A DNA stretch of 64,000 bases from Alphaproteobacteria bacterium. GTDB lineage: Bacteria > Pseudomonadota > Alphaproteobacteria > UBA828. Location of the stretch: NCBI GenBank assembly GCA_965237415.1, contig CBDEFM010000002.1, positions 3,104,001 through 3,168,000 of the forward strand, in the 5' to 3' direction. Below, in pieces: positions 1-10,469 of the stretch; position 1 is the stretch's first letter; every line of letters begins with the position of its first letter. Made by a program: the position numbers and the translations under genes. Below the pieces are notes generated by a model, which made no database searches, was not told the DNA's origin, and was given only the letters and a program-made list of their open reading frames with translations.

Positions 1-1246
1 GACGGCCGTCGGTGCCGAGGCCGATCAGACGGGAGACGCAGGGCTCGGAGGCAGCGACGCTCCACAGACCGGCACTGCCGGGGCCTACAGCATGACCATC
101 GAGAACGATGGCACCGGCGCGACGGTCAAGATCGAGTTGGAAGATGCTGCGGACGACGATCCGAAGTTCGTCGATCAGGAGGCGGGCCTGGATGGTGGAC
201 GCTCCATGCACGTTCGCGCGATGGAAGCGGATGAAGACGGCAACGTGGTGGAAGAAGTCGTCATCGTCAGCACCGACATCGAGGGGCCCAAGGCCACGGC
301 GTTCGCGATGGTCCATGATCTTAACGCCAACCCTGAAACCACAGGCGGCGGCGACTTCCAATCTCTCGACATCGCCGCTGGTAATTTGGCGATGATGATG
401 ACGGATGGCATTACTTCGACAGGATCAGGTGAGATCACTCTCCTGGCAGCGGTCGAGGACAACGACGAAACCGATGAGGATGAGACTGTTGCGGCTTTTG
501 AAACCGCAGCCACCTTCGACGGCGCGCCGGGCACATTGAAGTGCGGCGGCGCCACCGACTGCAGAGCCACGCTCGACGCGATGGGCATGATCACCGCAGT
601 GGCCGGTGGCTGGATCTTCACTCCCGATGCGGACGTCAGGGTCGACGTGGATGACGCGGACTACCTCCGCTACGGCTTCTGGCTGCAGCGGACGACGGAC
701 GCAGACGGCGCGGTCACCTACGACGAGGTCGAGACCTTCGCCGGTTCGTCGATTGAGGCAAGCGGCAGTGTTGCTCAGATTAGAGGCAGCGCAACCTATA
801 AAGGCGGCGCGGTCGGCGTGTACGTGAGGGAAGTGTACAAGGCGGAAGATGGTAGTGTCGACACGGCCACCTCCGGTCACTTCGCGGCGAAGGCCAACCT
901 GACGGCGACATTCAACCAGACGGTGAATGACCCTGATACGACCATCGACGAAGCAGATTCCATCGCGCCACGACTGCTGAACACCCTCAGCGGAACCATC
1001 AACAACTTCGTCCTGCAACATGGCGAGGCGAACGACTGGGCGGTGGACTTGCAAGGTGACATCGATACCAGCGTTGGCACCGCGAACGGCACGGCCAATG
1101 GTGGCGGCGCGGAAGGCTCGTACAGCGCCACGTTCCATGGTCCGACGACGGACGATGCCCAGCCGCACACCGTTGTCGGCGAGTTCAACGCCAACTTCGG
1201 TAACGGCACCGCGGCCGGCGGCTTCGGCGCGCGGAAGCAGGACTAG
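1..1246 (+). CDS. TbpB/HpuA-like surface protein, C-terminal beta-barrel (5' end outside window)
   Basis: Frame is open from the window start. Acidic, Gly/Thr-rich. Contains GSATYKGGAVG and ends GEFNANFGNGTAAGGFGARK, typical of transferrin-binding-protein-like barrels. A Slam gene lies directly downstream. Confidence 0.75.
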   Translation, partial: TAVGAEADQTGDAGLGGSDAPQTGTAGAYSMTIENDGTGATVKIELEDAADDDPKFVDQEAGLDGGRSMHVRAMEADEDGNVVEEVVIVSTDIEGPKATAFAMVHDLNANPETTGGGDFQSLDIAAGNLAMMMTDGITSTGSGEITLLAAVEDNDETDEDETVAAFETAATFDGAPGTLKCGGATDCRATLDAMGMITAVAGGWIFTPDADVRVDVDDADYLRYGFWLQRTTDADGAVTYDEVETFAGSSIEASGSVAQIRGSATYKGGAVGVYVREVYKAEDGSVDTATSGHFAAKANLTATFNQTVNDPDTTIDEADSIAPRLLNTLSGTINNFVLQHGEANDWAVDLQGDIDTSVGTANGTANGGGAEGSYSATFHGPTTDDAQPHTVVGEFNANFGNGTAAGGFGARKQD

Positions 1247-1253
1247 AACAGCA

Positions 1254-1336
1254 GGTCCGGGTCTCTTCGATGAGACCCTGACCTTTTGGGTCAAACTTGC
1301 GGGAGAGGGTGGCAGGTTCTGCCACCCTCTTTTTCT
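1254..1336 (+). terminator. Two tandem hairpins, each followed by a T-run (intrinsic terminators)
   Basis: GGTCCGGGTCTC-ttcgat-GAGACCCTGACC-TTTT (1254-1287) and AGAGGGTGGCAG-gtt-CTGCCACCCTCT-TTTTT (1304-1335). Confidence 0.75.
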
Positions 1337-1360
1337 GTCCCCCGACCATCCTTCAGAGTC

Positions 1361-2794
1361 ATGGTTTCGACACTCATCCCTCTCCGCCGCGCGCCGGCGG
1401 CCACGGCCGGCCTGTTCCTCGGCTCTCTTGCAATCGCCGTCTGTCTCGTGCTCGCCGCGCCGGCCTGGGGCGCCGGTGACGAGGGGAAGGCGCCGCCCTC
1501 TCCCGAGACTTCTGCCGTCGAGGCCGAGGCGGAGGCGCGGGCGCTGATGGCGGCCGGCCGCTTCGCCGAGGCGCTCGCCATCCTGCGGCCGCCTGTGGAA
1601 GCCGGGGCGGTGCCGGCCATCCTGGTCTTCCTCTATGGCCTTGCGGCGTCGGAGACATCGCAGCAGCCGGGCCTTGACGATGACGCGCGCGAGGCGCTGC
1701 TGAACGAGGCCATCGGCGCCTTCCACGCCATGCTGGTCGAGGCGCCGGGGCTGGTGCGGGTGCGGCTGGAGCTGGCACGCGCGTTCTTCTTCAAGGGCGA
1801 GGACGATCTGGCGCGGCGCCACTTCGAGGCGGTGCTGGCCGGCGGCGTGCCGGAGGCGGTGGCCGCCAACGTCCAGGACTTCCTCGCCGCGATGCGGGCT
1901 CGCAATCGCTGGAGCTTCAATGTCGGAGCGGCGCTGGCGCCGGACAGCAACATCGGTGCCGGCTCCGAGGAGCGCACCATCTATATCCATTTCTTTGGCC
2001 AGGACTTTCCGTTCGAGCGGACCGCGGAGGAGCTTACGACCTCCGGCATCGGTGTCTCGGTCTGGGGTGGGGCCGAGTATCAGGTGCCGCTGGCGGAGCG
2101 CTGGCGGCTCCGCGCAGGCGGCGAGGCGGCGCGGCGGGAGTACGGGGGCTCCGAGTTCGATCAGCTCTTCGTCGCCACCCATCTCGGCCCGCGCTGGCTG
2201 GTGGACCGCGACACGGCGGCGAGCCTGCTGGCAAGCGCCCGCCAGCGCTGGACCGGCACTGTGCCGGACAATCGCGATCTCGGCGCCCGCCTGGAGCTGG
2301 GGCACCGGGTGAGCCCGCGGGTGACGGTGTCGGGGCAGGCCTCCTGGCACGACCGGCGCTACCGGACGCGGAGCCATCTGGACGGGCCGATCATGGATGC
2401 GTCGCTCAGGGGCTCCTGGGTGGTGACGCCGACGGTGCGGGCGAACTTGTCGGCGGGTTATGGGCAGGAGCGCCCCGAGAGCGAGCCCTATCGCAACCGC
2501 AGTCGCTGGCTGGGTGCGGGTGTTACCGTGATCCTGCCGCTGGGGTTTACGGTGGGCGGCGGCGGCGAGGTGCGCTGGACCGACTTCGACGACGAATGGT
2601 TCCGGCACACGCCGCCCGGCGAAGACAGGGCGGACCGCACGCGCAGCCTGCGGCTCTCGGTCCACAACCGTGCCTTCACCGTCTACGGCTTCAGTCCCGA
2701 ACTTGTGGTGGTGAACGAGGAGCGTGAGACCAACGCCCAGCTCTACGACTACCAGCGCACGCGCGGCGAGCTGCGTTTCGTGCGGCAGTTCTAG
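1361..2794 (+). CDS. Slam-family (DUF560) surface lipoprotein assembly modifier / type XI secretion outer-membrane protein
   Basis: Signal peptide, TPR-like region (RVRLELARAFF...ARRHFEAVL), beta-barrel starting at APDSNI, and a C-terminal Phe (ELRFVRQF). Start taken at ATG 1361. Confidence 0.8.
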   Translation: MVSTLIPLRRAPAATAGLFLGSLAIAVCLVLAAPAWGAGDEGKAPPSPETSAVEAEAEARALMAAGRFAEALAILRPPVEAGAVPAILVFLYGLAASETSQQPGLDDDAREALLNEAIGAFHAMLVEAPGLVRVRLELARAFFFKGEDDLARRHFEAVLAGGVPEAVAANVQDFLAAMRARNRWSFNVGAALAPDSNIGAGSEERTIYIHFFGQDFPFERTAEELTTSGIGVSVWGGAEYQVPLAERWRLRAGGEAARREYGGSEFDQLFVATHLGPRWLVDRDTAASLLASARQRWTGTVPDNRDLGARLELGHRVSPRVTVSGQASWHDRRYRTRSHLDGPIMDASLRGSWVVTPTVRANLSAGYGQERPESEPYRNRSRWLGAGVTVILPLGFTVGGGGEVRWTDFDDEWFRHTPPGEDRADRTRSLRLSVHNRAFTVYGFSPELVVVNEERETNAQLYDYQRTRGELRFVRQF

Positions 2795-3171
2795 TCTTTC
2801 CGGACGGCCTCTTCGTCGAGAGGGCACGGGCAGGGATACCACGTGGCCCACCGTCTGTTGCCAATGAACCTCGACTGCCGCCTGGGCGGAGGTGCAGTTG
2901 CAGCCCTGTGCGTCTGTCGGCCGAAGCTGCTGCGCTCGGCGACGACGGGATGCTCGGCTACTGGGTGTGCGATCCTGACCATGCCGACCAGCGCGGGATA
3001 CGGCGGGGAACTATTCACCCCTCTTACCACACTGGCCGAGACGTTTCGGACAGCACTGCAGCGGCGGTCGCTGGCGCTATTGCCCACTTGCAGCCGGCAT
3101 CATTCCTTCTATGTACGTTTCATGGAGAGGCGCGAAGTCCTTGATCGCGCAGCCGCAAGGGGAGGGCCGCG

Positions 3172-6100
3172 ATGGTAGCCTCGATCGGCAAGATCGTCTC
3201 GCCGGCGCAGGGCGTGAACTATTATGAGCGCGACGGCTACTACGCGAGGGACGATCCGGCACACCAGGAGGCGAGCGCCTGGGCCGGCAAGGGCGCCGAT
3301 GCTCTGGGCCTCTCCGGCCCCGTCGATCCCGACACCTTCACCGCCATCCTCGAAGGCGAAGTGCCGGACGGCCCGAAGCTCGGCAGACGGGACAAGGACG
3401 GCGACATCCACCACAGGCCGGGCCGCGACGTCACCCTGTCGGCGCCCAAGTCGGTCTCGCTCGCCGCTCTGATCTGTGGCGACCATCGAATCGTCACGGC
3501 GCACGACCGTGCCGTGCAACGCACCCTCGCCTGGATCGAGGCAAACGCCATCGAAACCAGGATGCGGGACCCGTCCACCGGCACGATGGTACGCGCCGGC
3601 GGGCAAGAAATGGTGGTGGCTACCTTCCGCCATGACACCTCGCGCAACCTGGATCCCCAGCTTCATACCCATTGCGTGATTGCGAACATGGTCCGGGGCG
3701 GCGATGGCAAATGGCGGACCATGGTCGATGACGGGCTTTACGGCGGGAAAATGACCATCGGTGCCATCTACCGGGCAGAGCTCGCGCGGGGTCTGAAGGA
3801 CCTCGGCTACCAGATCGAAAAGACCCACACGGACGGGCGATTCGAGCTCGCCGGTGTGCCGCGCAAGGTGATCGATGCGTTCTCGACGCGTCGTGCCGAG
3901 ATCGAAGCAGCCATGAAGGCGCGCGACCTTGGAGCGCCGATCGACGATCCGAGGCTCGCGGATCGGACGGCGCTGATGACGCGGGCGCACAAGCGCGACA
4001 CAGATAAGGACGCGCTGCGCCAGGACTGGTCGCGCCAGGCGCTGGAATTGGGCTTCTCAGCCGACACCTTGGTCGAGATCGCCTCGGCGCGGGAGGCCCA
4101 AGTCCGCGACAGCGTGATGCAAGACCACGGCGATATTGTCGCTTACCGCGATCACGCCGCGCGCTGCGAATACATGACGGTTGGAACTGCAGCCTGGGCG
4201 GCGTGGCATCTCGGCGAGCGCGAAGCAGTGTTCTCCCATGCGTCGCTGCTCGCCGCGACGCTCGCGTGCGATCCCGGCGCGATCACCGTCGATGCGGCCG
4301 AACAGTCTATCGACGCGTTCCAACGAGCCGGTCGCCTGAACGAGGCAACCGGTCTCAAGCACGGCAAGCACTGGACCACGGACGCGGCGCTCGCAAGCGA
4401 GTCCGAGACCATCGCCCTGATGCAGACCGGCCAGGGCAAGAGCAAGCCCATCATGAAGCGCTGGGTTGCGGAGACGAAGCTCCATCGCGGCCGGCTCAAC
4501 GACGGACAGAAGGAGGCGGTCAAGATCATCCTCTCCACCAGGGACCGGGTGGTGGGAGTCCAGGGCTACGCCGGCACCGGCAAGACCACGATGCTGAACC
4601 GGCTCCGCTCTCTAGCGGAGAAACAGGGCTACCACGTGACCGGCCTCGCGCCGTCGGCATCCGCTGCGCGCACCCTGGAGAGGGAAGCGGGCATCGAGAG
4701 TGAGACCCTGCAGCGCTTCGTCGCCCGCCATGCCGGCATTGCAGAAGGACGTGGAACCCAGAAGGGCATTCGCAATCTGCGATCCACCTACCAGAAGACG
4801 CTCCTGGTGGTGGACGAAAGCTCGCTGGCGTCGACCGAACAAATGCGCGACCTGCTGAGGATCGCGACAACGCTGCGCACCGCCCGTGTCGTTCTGGTTG
4901 GCGACGAGAAGCAGTTGGACGGTGTGGAGGCGGGAACGCCCTTCGCCCAGTTGCAGAAGGCCGGCATGAGCACGGCGGTGATGGACGAGATCGTGCGCCA
5001 GCGCGACACACTATTAAGAGAGGCGGTGCGTGCGGGCCTCGCGGGTGAGGTCAAGACGGCCTTCGAGAAGCTCGGAGATCGCGTGTCGGAGGTGACACGG
5101 GATCATCTCGGCGCCGATGTGGCGGAACGCTGGCTCGAATGTTCACCCGAAGAACGCGAGAGCACCGAGGTGATCGCGCCCACGCGAGCGCTGCGGGACG
5201 AGATCAATGAACGGATCCGCGCGCGCTTGTTCGAGGAAGGCGCAATCCACGGACCGGCGATGGCAAGCGAGAAACTGATCTCACGGGGCATGACCAACGC
5301 CGAGATGGCGGTGGCGTCGAACTATGCCGAGGGCGACACGGTGATCTTCAGCCGCCGTTACAAGACACTCGGCGTCGAGAAGGGCGATGAGAGGGAGGTC
5401 GCCAAGGTCGATCACCAGAGACACACCGTCCATCTCCGGGACAGCGAGGGACACGTGGTCGAGTGGAAGCCCTACCTTATCGCCGCGGCCAAGGGCGGTG
5501 TGGAGGTGTACCGGAGCGAGGCAATGGAGTTCCGCACCGGCGATCGTGTGCGCTTTACGCGCAACGATCCAGCGTCCGGCTTGGTCAACGGGCAGGTCGC
5601 TAAGGTTGAAGCGATCGAACAGGATGGCGCTCGGTTCCGTTTGGAGGACGGAACCGCGATCAGACTTTCGGCAAGCGATCCTCAACTTCGTCACGTGGAT
5701 CGCGCATGCGCGTCGACCGTTCACGCCTTTCAGGGCCGGACTGTGGACAACGTGATCGCGGCCATGGTCTCAGACCATCCGCATTTGACGACGCAGAAAT
5801 CGTTTTACGTCGCTATCAGCCGCGCGCGTAACAGCTCCGAGCTGGTCACCGACGACGCGGCGACGCTCTCACACCATCTCGAAAAGGCCACCGGGGAGCG
5901 CATCGCAGCGCTCGACGCGGTCAAGACGTACGTCACACTTGCGGTCGTGATCGACGACGACATGGAGCGCGAGCGTGACGCCGGCCGCAATCAGCGCGCG
6001 CAAGAGGCCGCTCACAGCCGCGATGTTGCGCGAGAAGATTTGGCATCGCGCGATCCTGAGCGCGAATCTGCACGCAATGTCGAGCACGAAGTGACGCGTG

Positions 6101-6282
6101 AATCGGAGAAGCGCGACGCCGATCGGCACCAGCGCGAACGTCAGCCCGCCGACCCAGTGCACGAAGGCGAACGGAAATCGGAGCCACCGCGCGCACCGGA
6201 CCGCGATCCCGCGCCCCAGGCCGAGAAGGAATCGAAAGAGAAAAAGATCGAGTTGGACTTCGAATTGGAGCTGGAGTTGTAG
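3172..6282 (+). CDS. MOBF conjugative relaxase-helicase (TrwC/TraI-like)
   Basis: N-terminal NYYERDGYY tyrosines, DVTLSAPKSVS, HUH motif HDTSRNLDPQLHTH, helicase Walker A GYAGTGKT, VVDESS, and a charged C-terminal tail. Confidence 0.95.
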   Translation: MVASIGKIVSPAQGVNYYERDGYYARDDPAHQEASAWAGKGADALGLSGPVDPDTFTAILEGEVPDGPKLGRRDKDGDIHHRPGRDVTLSAPKSVSLAALICGDHRIVTAHDRAVQRTLAWIEANAIETRMRDPSTGTMVRAGGQEMVVATFRHDTSRNLDPQLHTHCVIANMVRGGDGKWRTMVDDGLYGGKMTIGAIYRAELARGLKDLGYQIEKTHTDGRFELAGVPRKVIDAFSTRRAEIEAAMKARDLGAPIDDPRLADRTALMTRAHKRDTDKDALRQDWSRQALELGFSADTLVEIASAREAQVRDSVMQDHGDIVAYRDHAARCEYMTVGTAAWAAWHLGEREAVFSHASLLAATLACDPGAITVDAAEQSIDAFQRAGRLNEATGLKHGKHWTTDAALASESETIALMQTGQGKSKPIMKRWVAETKLHRGRLNDGQKEAVKIILSTRDRVVGVQGYAGTGKTTMLNRLRSLAEKQGYHVTGLAPSASAARTLEREAGIESETLQRFVARHAGIAEGRGTQKGIRNLRSTYQKTLLVVDESSLASTEQMRDLLRIATTLRTARVVLVGDEKQLDGVEAGTPFAQLQKAGMSTAVMDEIVRQRDTLLREAVRAGLAGEVKTAFEKLGDRVSEVTRDHLGADVAERWLECSPEERESTEVIAPTRALRDEINERIRARLFEEGAIHGPAMASEKLISRGMTNAEMAVASNYAEGDTVIFSRRYKTLGVEKGDEREVAKVDHQRHTVHLRDSEGHVVEWKPYLIAAAKGGVEVYRSEAMEFRTGDRVRFTRNDPASGLVNGQVAKVEAIEQDGARFRLEDGTAIRLSASDPQLRHVDRACASTVHAFQGRTVDNVIAAMVSDHPHLTTQKSFYVAISRARNSSELVTDDAATLSHHLEKATGERIAALDAVKTYVTLAVVIDDDMERERDAGRNQRAQEAAHSRDVAREDLASRDPERESARNVEHEVTRESEKRDADRHQRERQPADPVHEGERKSEPPRAPDRDPAPQAEKESKEKKIELDFELELEL

Positions 6283-6378
6283 ATAACCGCGCTGCTTCCG
6301 GCCACGTCATGCACGAGAGACGTGCCGGCGTGGACGCACGGTGACGTGAAACGACGGCACCGAGTTTGCAAATGGGTT

Positions 6379-7404
6379 CCTGCTTATCCCTGAAAGTCAT
6401 CCGGCGATGAGGAGGCGATAGGGCATGGGCTCGGTGCGTGCGGCGCTATGGACGAAACGCGGGATCATGGTTTCGAGTTGATAGCGCCGGTTGTAGCGCC
6501 AGGCGAAACTGGCGAGGTAGCGCCCGGTGTGATCGGGGCCGAGCTTGCGATAGGTCCCGGTGATCGCGCACTCGATGTTGCCGAGCGTCGTGTTCACCCA
6601 TTTGAACGGCGCCATGCGGGCCGCCTGTCGGCCCGACCCGGTGCGGATTGCCTGAGGGCTGCGGGCGATCTCGTCGAGTGCGCTCCAGCAGCCCAGGCCG
6701 TCCGTCACAACCGCCGCTCCGGGGGCCAGCCAGTGCTTGGCGCCGCGCGCGATCTCGCGCTTGCGGAAGCCCTTGACCGGCGCCAGCTTCAGCTTGCGCG
6801 GGCGCCCCTCGGGACTGGTCGAGACCGCCGCCACGAAGGGCGTTTTGCCCGCCGCGCCGCGGCCCCGCTTGCCGCCGGAGCGCACCCCGCCGAGCCAGGC
6901 GTCGTCCATCTCGACCCGCCCCGTAAGCGGCGTCTCCCCCTCACGCCGCGCCATCACCGCCATGATCTTGTGCTTCACGGCCCAGGCCGTCGGCTGCTTG
7001 ACCCCGAGACGGCGGCCGAGTTCCACCGACGAGATGCCGTTCTTCGCCGTCACGATCAGGTGGATGGCGGCGAACCAGAGTGTCAGCGGCAGCTTGGTCG
7101 CATGGAAGATCGTGCCCGCCGTGGGCGATGTCTGCTTCTTGCACCGGTTGCATTGATAGAGACCCCGCCCCGCCAGCACGCAATGCCCGCGATGGCCGCA
7201 GCAGGGGCAGAGGAAGCCGTCCGGCCAGCGCAGCCGGAGCAGCGCCGCGCGGCACTGCTCCTCGGTGCCGAAGGCCTCCCGAAACGCCTCGTCGCTCAGA
7301 CCACGCACGCGCGATGCAACCTTGAACCTCATAACCGTGACCCCCTCATACGGAACATATTGAGAACATACAGCCTCACATGCGGAGTGTCACGGATAAG
7401 CAGG
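6379..7404 (-). mobile_element. IS1595-family element, copy 1 (transposase 6397-7332)
   Basis: Zn-ribbon (CPCCG...CNRC), VEMDD and VVTDG motifs. Terminal IRs CCTGCTTATCCCTGA / TCACGGATAAGCAGG. Confidence 0.9.
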
Positions 7405-7427
7405 TTCCGAAATGACGGAAAACCTAA

Positions 7428-8203
7428 CCTGCTTATCCCTGAAAGTCATCCTGCGATGAGGAGGCGATAGGGCATCGGGTCGGTTCGGGCGGCGCTATGG
7501 ACGAAACGCGGGATCATGGTTTCGAGTTGATAGCGCCGGTTGTAGCGCCAGGCGAAACTGGCGAGGTAGCGCCCGGCGTGATCGGGGCCGAGCTTGCGAT
7601 AGGTCCCGGTGATCGCGCTCTTGATGTTGCCGAGCGTCGTGTTCACCCATTTGAATGGCGCCATGCGGGCCGCCTGTCGGCCCGACCCGGTGCGGATTGC
7701 CTGATGGCTGCAGGCGATCTCGTCGAGTGCGCTCCAGCAGCCCAGGCCGTCCGTCACAACCGCCGCGCCGGGGGCCAGCCAGTGTTTGGCGCCGCGCGCG
7801 ATCTCGCGCTTGCGGAAGCCCTTGACCGGCGCCAGCTTCAGCTTGCGCGGGCGCCCCTCGGGACTGGTCGAGACCGCCGCCACGAAGGGCGTCTAGCCCG
7901 CCGCGCCGCGGCCCCGCTTGCCGCCGGAGCGCACCCCGCCGAGATAGGCGGTCCATCTCCACCCGCCCCGCCAGCACGCAATGCTCCCGATGGCCGCAGC
8001 AGGGGCAGACGAAGCCGTCCGGCCAGCGCAGCCGGACCAGCGCCGCGCGGGCACTGCTCCTTGGTGCCGAAGGCCTCGCGAAACGCCTCGTCGCTCAGAC
8101 CACGCACGCGCGATGCAACCTTGAACCCCATAACCGTGACCCCCTCATACAGAACATATTGAGAACATACATCCCCACAGGCGGAGTGTCACGGATAAGC
8201 AGG
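7428..8203 (-). mobile_element. IS1595-family element, copy 2, internally deleted
   Basis: Same IRs and near-identical sequence to copy 1. About 250 bp shorter, with frameshifts and a stop codon. Confidence 0.9.
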
Positions 8204-8598
8204 AATGGGTTTGTCACGCTGTGCCGAAACACGGCGCCAGCGCCATCCGGTTAAGGCTAAACGATCGCGCGTTGTGCGGTTTGTTTCTCTTGACGTCGGC
8301 TTATATTCTCGACGCGCGACCGAAATGTCGCGCACATCGTCTGCAAATCGTTCGCAACAACGGCGTATTTCATTGAGTTTCGCCGCCTGATTCCCGACCC
8401 CAAATTGGGATCACCCTATGACATATACAATTTCCTGTGCCCGCTGCACTCTTGTGGTGTGACAATACAAGGACGTGGACAAGCCTTTGAAATCACGTAA
8501 GAAACAGTGGCGTATTTCAATGTATTTCGCAGAGCATTCGCCTTTCCCAAGGCAATTATTCGTGATTTTGCAACTCAAGCGTAGCCGAACGTGCTCAT

Positions 8599-8631
8599 GT
8601 CATAGAAATACGCACTCTGCACCCCAGGTGC
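8599..8631 (-). other. Candidate MOBF oriT nic site
   Basis: Minus strand reads GCACCTGGGGTGC-AGA-GTGCGTATTTCTATGAC, resembling the R388 nic region GCACCGAAAGGTGCGTATTGTCT/AT. Lies in an AT-richer intergenic stretch. Confidence 0.4.
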
Positions 8632-9118
8632 GGCGGGTGTGAAAACCAAAGCGGCTCCGCCGTAGACAGGGACTTATGACAGGCATGGAGAGGGTCAAGG
8701 CCCAGCCGGGAGAAAGCGCGCAAGGCGGGGACGACGCGGCACTGCGTCGCGCAGGACGCGGAGAGCACGCGGTCGTCGGGCGCGCAGCGGAACGACGGTG
8801 CCGGAAGAGATGGGGCGGCATGCATTGCCGGCATCGGGCGCACGCGTGTCGCAGGTTTCGGTGCGGAGCGTGGAAGTGCATGGGGCGATAACGATGTCGG
8901 GCGGGTGCAGCGGTCGGACGCGGAGCTGTGCGGCGAGCGTCCGGCGAAGGCGCGCGAGCGCCGAGCCTGACGCGAGCAGCGTGATGTCCGCACCGTCGAC
9001 GCGAGCGGCGGCGGCGCGGAGCGCTGCGCCGCGATGCGCGGCAGAGGCACGGCGAAAAGAGAAGAGCCGATCCACGCAGGTGCGCGGACCGGCTCGTGCG
9101 GCAACGGGGGCGCAGCCG

Positions 9119-10027
9119 TCACGGGGCGACGCGATGAACGGGGATGCCGAGCTTGGTCGCCTTGTCGACGAGGTTGCCGGTGATGCCGGAGCCGGGGAAC
9201 GCGATCACACCCTTGGGCAAGAGGTCGAGCAGCTCGTCGTTGCGGCGGAAGGGGGCTGCCTTGCCGTGGGCGTTCCAGTTCGGACGGCACACGAGTTGAT
9301 GGACGCCTCGGGCTTCGGCCCACCTTGCCGCCACCGTCTCGACGCCGGGACCGCCGCCGTGGAGCAAGACCATGTCCGCATGCTTGGCACGCGTGCGGTC
9401 GAGCGTGGTCCAGACGATGTCGGCGTCGGCGACCTGCTTGCCGCCGGTGACGGCGACCAGGGTGCCCTCCGGTATGTGCGCGCGGGCCTCTCTGTCCTTG
9501 CGGGCGCGGCGGAAGTCGCGAGCGTCGATGGCGGCGGAGGTGAGGTTGCCGGTCTGGCTCACGTGCGACCCGTGGCGGGGTCGCCAGGTGTCGCCGGTCT
9601 CGACACGGTAGGCGTCGGCGGCGAGGTCGCGCATGGTCTCGAAGGCGTCGCGGCGGTTGCCGAGGTTGGCCTCGGCATCGCTGCCGCCGTAGAGCCGGCC
9701 CTCGGCCTTGGCCCTCGCGTAGCTGGCGCGGTCGGCCGCGCGCCGCTGCTCGAGGCATTGCCGGCACCTGGAGCGGTCCGGTGCCGGGGGATGCTTGCCG
9801 CACTTCGGGCACAACCCCCGCGCAAGGCGGTCTGCGGTCTGCCGCCGATAGCGCCGGCGCTGCCAGGCGCGCGCGTCCTCAACCTTCTTGTAGGCTATTG
9901 CAGGGATCCTCCCCGGCGAGAGTGCGGTCGAGCGAATGGGCGGTCCGGCGGGAGCACCGGCGCGACGGCGCCCCCGCCGGGCGTCGGTCAGCGATGCCGG
10001 CCGTTCGCGAACAGGCCGCAACTCCAC
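9119..10027 (-). CDS. DUF2493 (SLOG/YspA-like) domain fused to a CxxC-containing segment; probable chimera
   Basis: C-terminal VAVTGG...VLLHGG...AAPFRRNDELL...GVIAFPGSGITGNLVDKA. N-terminal CPKC...CRQC. Start uncertain. Confidence 0.65.
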   Translation of the reverse strand: MELRPVRERPASLTDARRGRRRAGAPAGPPIRSTALSPGRIPAIAYKKVEDARAWQRRRYRRQTADRLARGLCPKCGKHPPAPDRSRCRQCLEQRRAADRASYARAKAEGRLYGGSDAEANLGNRRDAFETMRDLAADAYRVETGDTWRPRHGSHVSQTGNLTSAAIDARDFRRARKDREARAHIPEGTLVAVTGGKQVADADIVWTTLDRTRAKHADMVLLHGGGPGVETVAARWAEARGVHQLVCRPNWNAHGKAAPFRRNDELLDLLPKGVIAFPGSGITGNLVDKATKLGIPVHRVAP

Positions 10028-10305
10028 TCACCCCAGTACTGGATGCCGCCGTCGACGCTGATGCCGGTGGCAATGATGATCTCGTTTCGCTTCGGCCGCA
10101 GACGGCGAACCGACCGGCGGGACATCGTGGTGCGCGGCTTGCGCCCGCCGTTCGCCCGCCCCTCGTCGAGGGGTCTGATCTGGCCGTCCGCCGTGCTCTG
10201 GAAGCGCTCGACCACGAAGCGCTCATCGGCCTCGAGGCCGCCCCCGAAGATATGCGTCAGATACGTGGCGGCATGTCGATTGTGTGTCCTCGCCGTCGTC
10301 GGCAT
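9988..10305 (-). CDS. Hypothetical protein
   Basis: ATG with an upstream GGAGG RBS; non-shadow composition. Confidence 0.4.
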   Translation of the reverse strand: MPTTARTHNRHAATYLTHIFGGGLEADERFVVERFQSTADGQIRPLDEGRANGGRKPRTTMSRRSVRRLRPKRNEIIIATGISVDGGIQYWGEWSCGLFANGRHR

Positions 10306-10469
10306 GGTCCGTCCTCCCGGTCCGTGTGTGCGAACGGCGCGCGCGCCCTCTCGCCCGAGGACCCGCCCGCCGCCCGCGTCACGGCCGCCCTCTTCCTCTC
10401 GGCGGCGTGCGGGCGCGGGGGCGGCGAGGGCCGGCAGACGCCGGCGGCGGGATGCCGGAACGGCGAGCC

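Noticed and set aside
425-2851. 808-aa minus-strand ORF and similar long antisense ORFs (e.g. 8798-10711, 52695-54515)
   Set aside because: GC-rich shadow frames overlapping well-supported genes, with Arg/Ala/Pro-rich composition and no motifs.
2795-3171. oriT or an accessory gene upstream of the relaxase
   Set aside because: Only a short unassignable ORF remnant; no nic-like sequence recognised.
8599-8680. GTCATA...TATGAC as the ends of a miniature IS
   Set aside because: The match is too short and no target duplication is seen; the oriT-like reading fits better.
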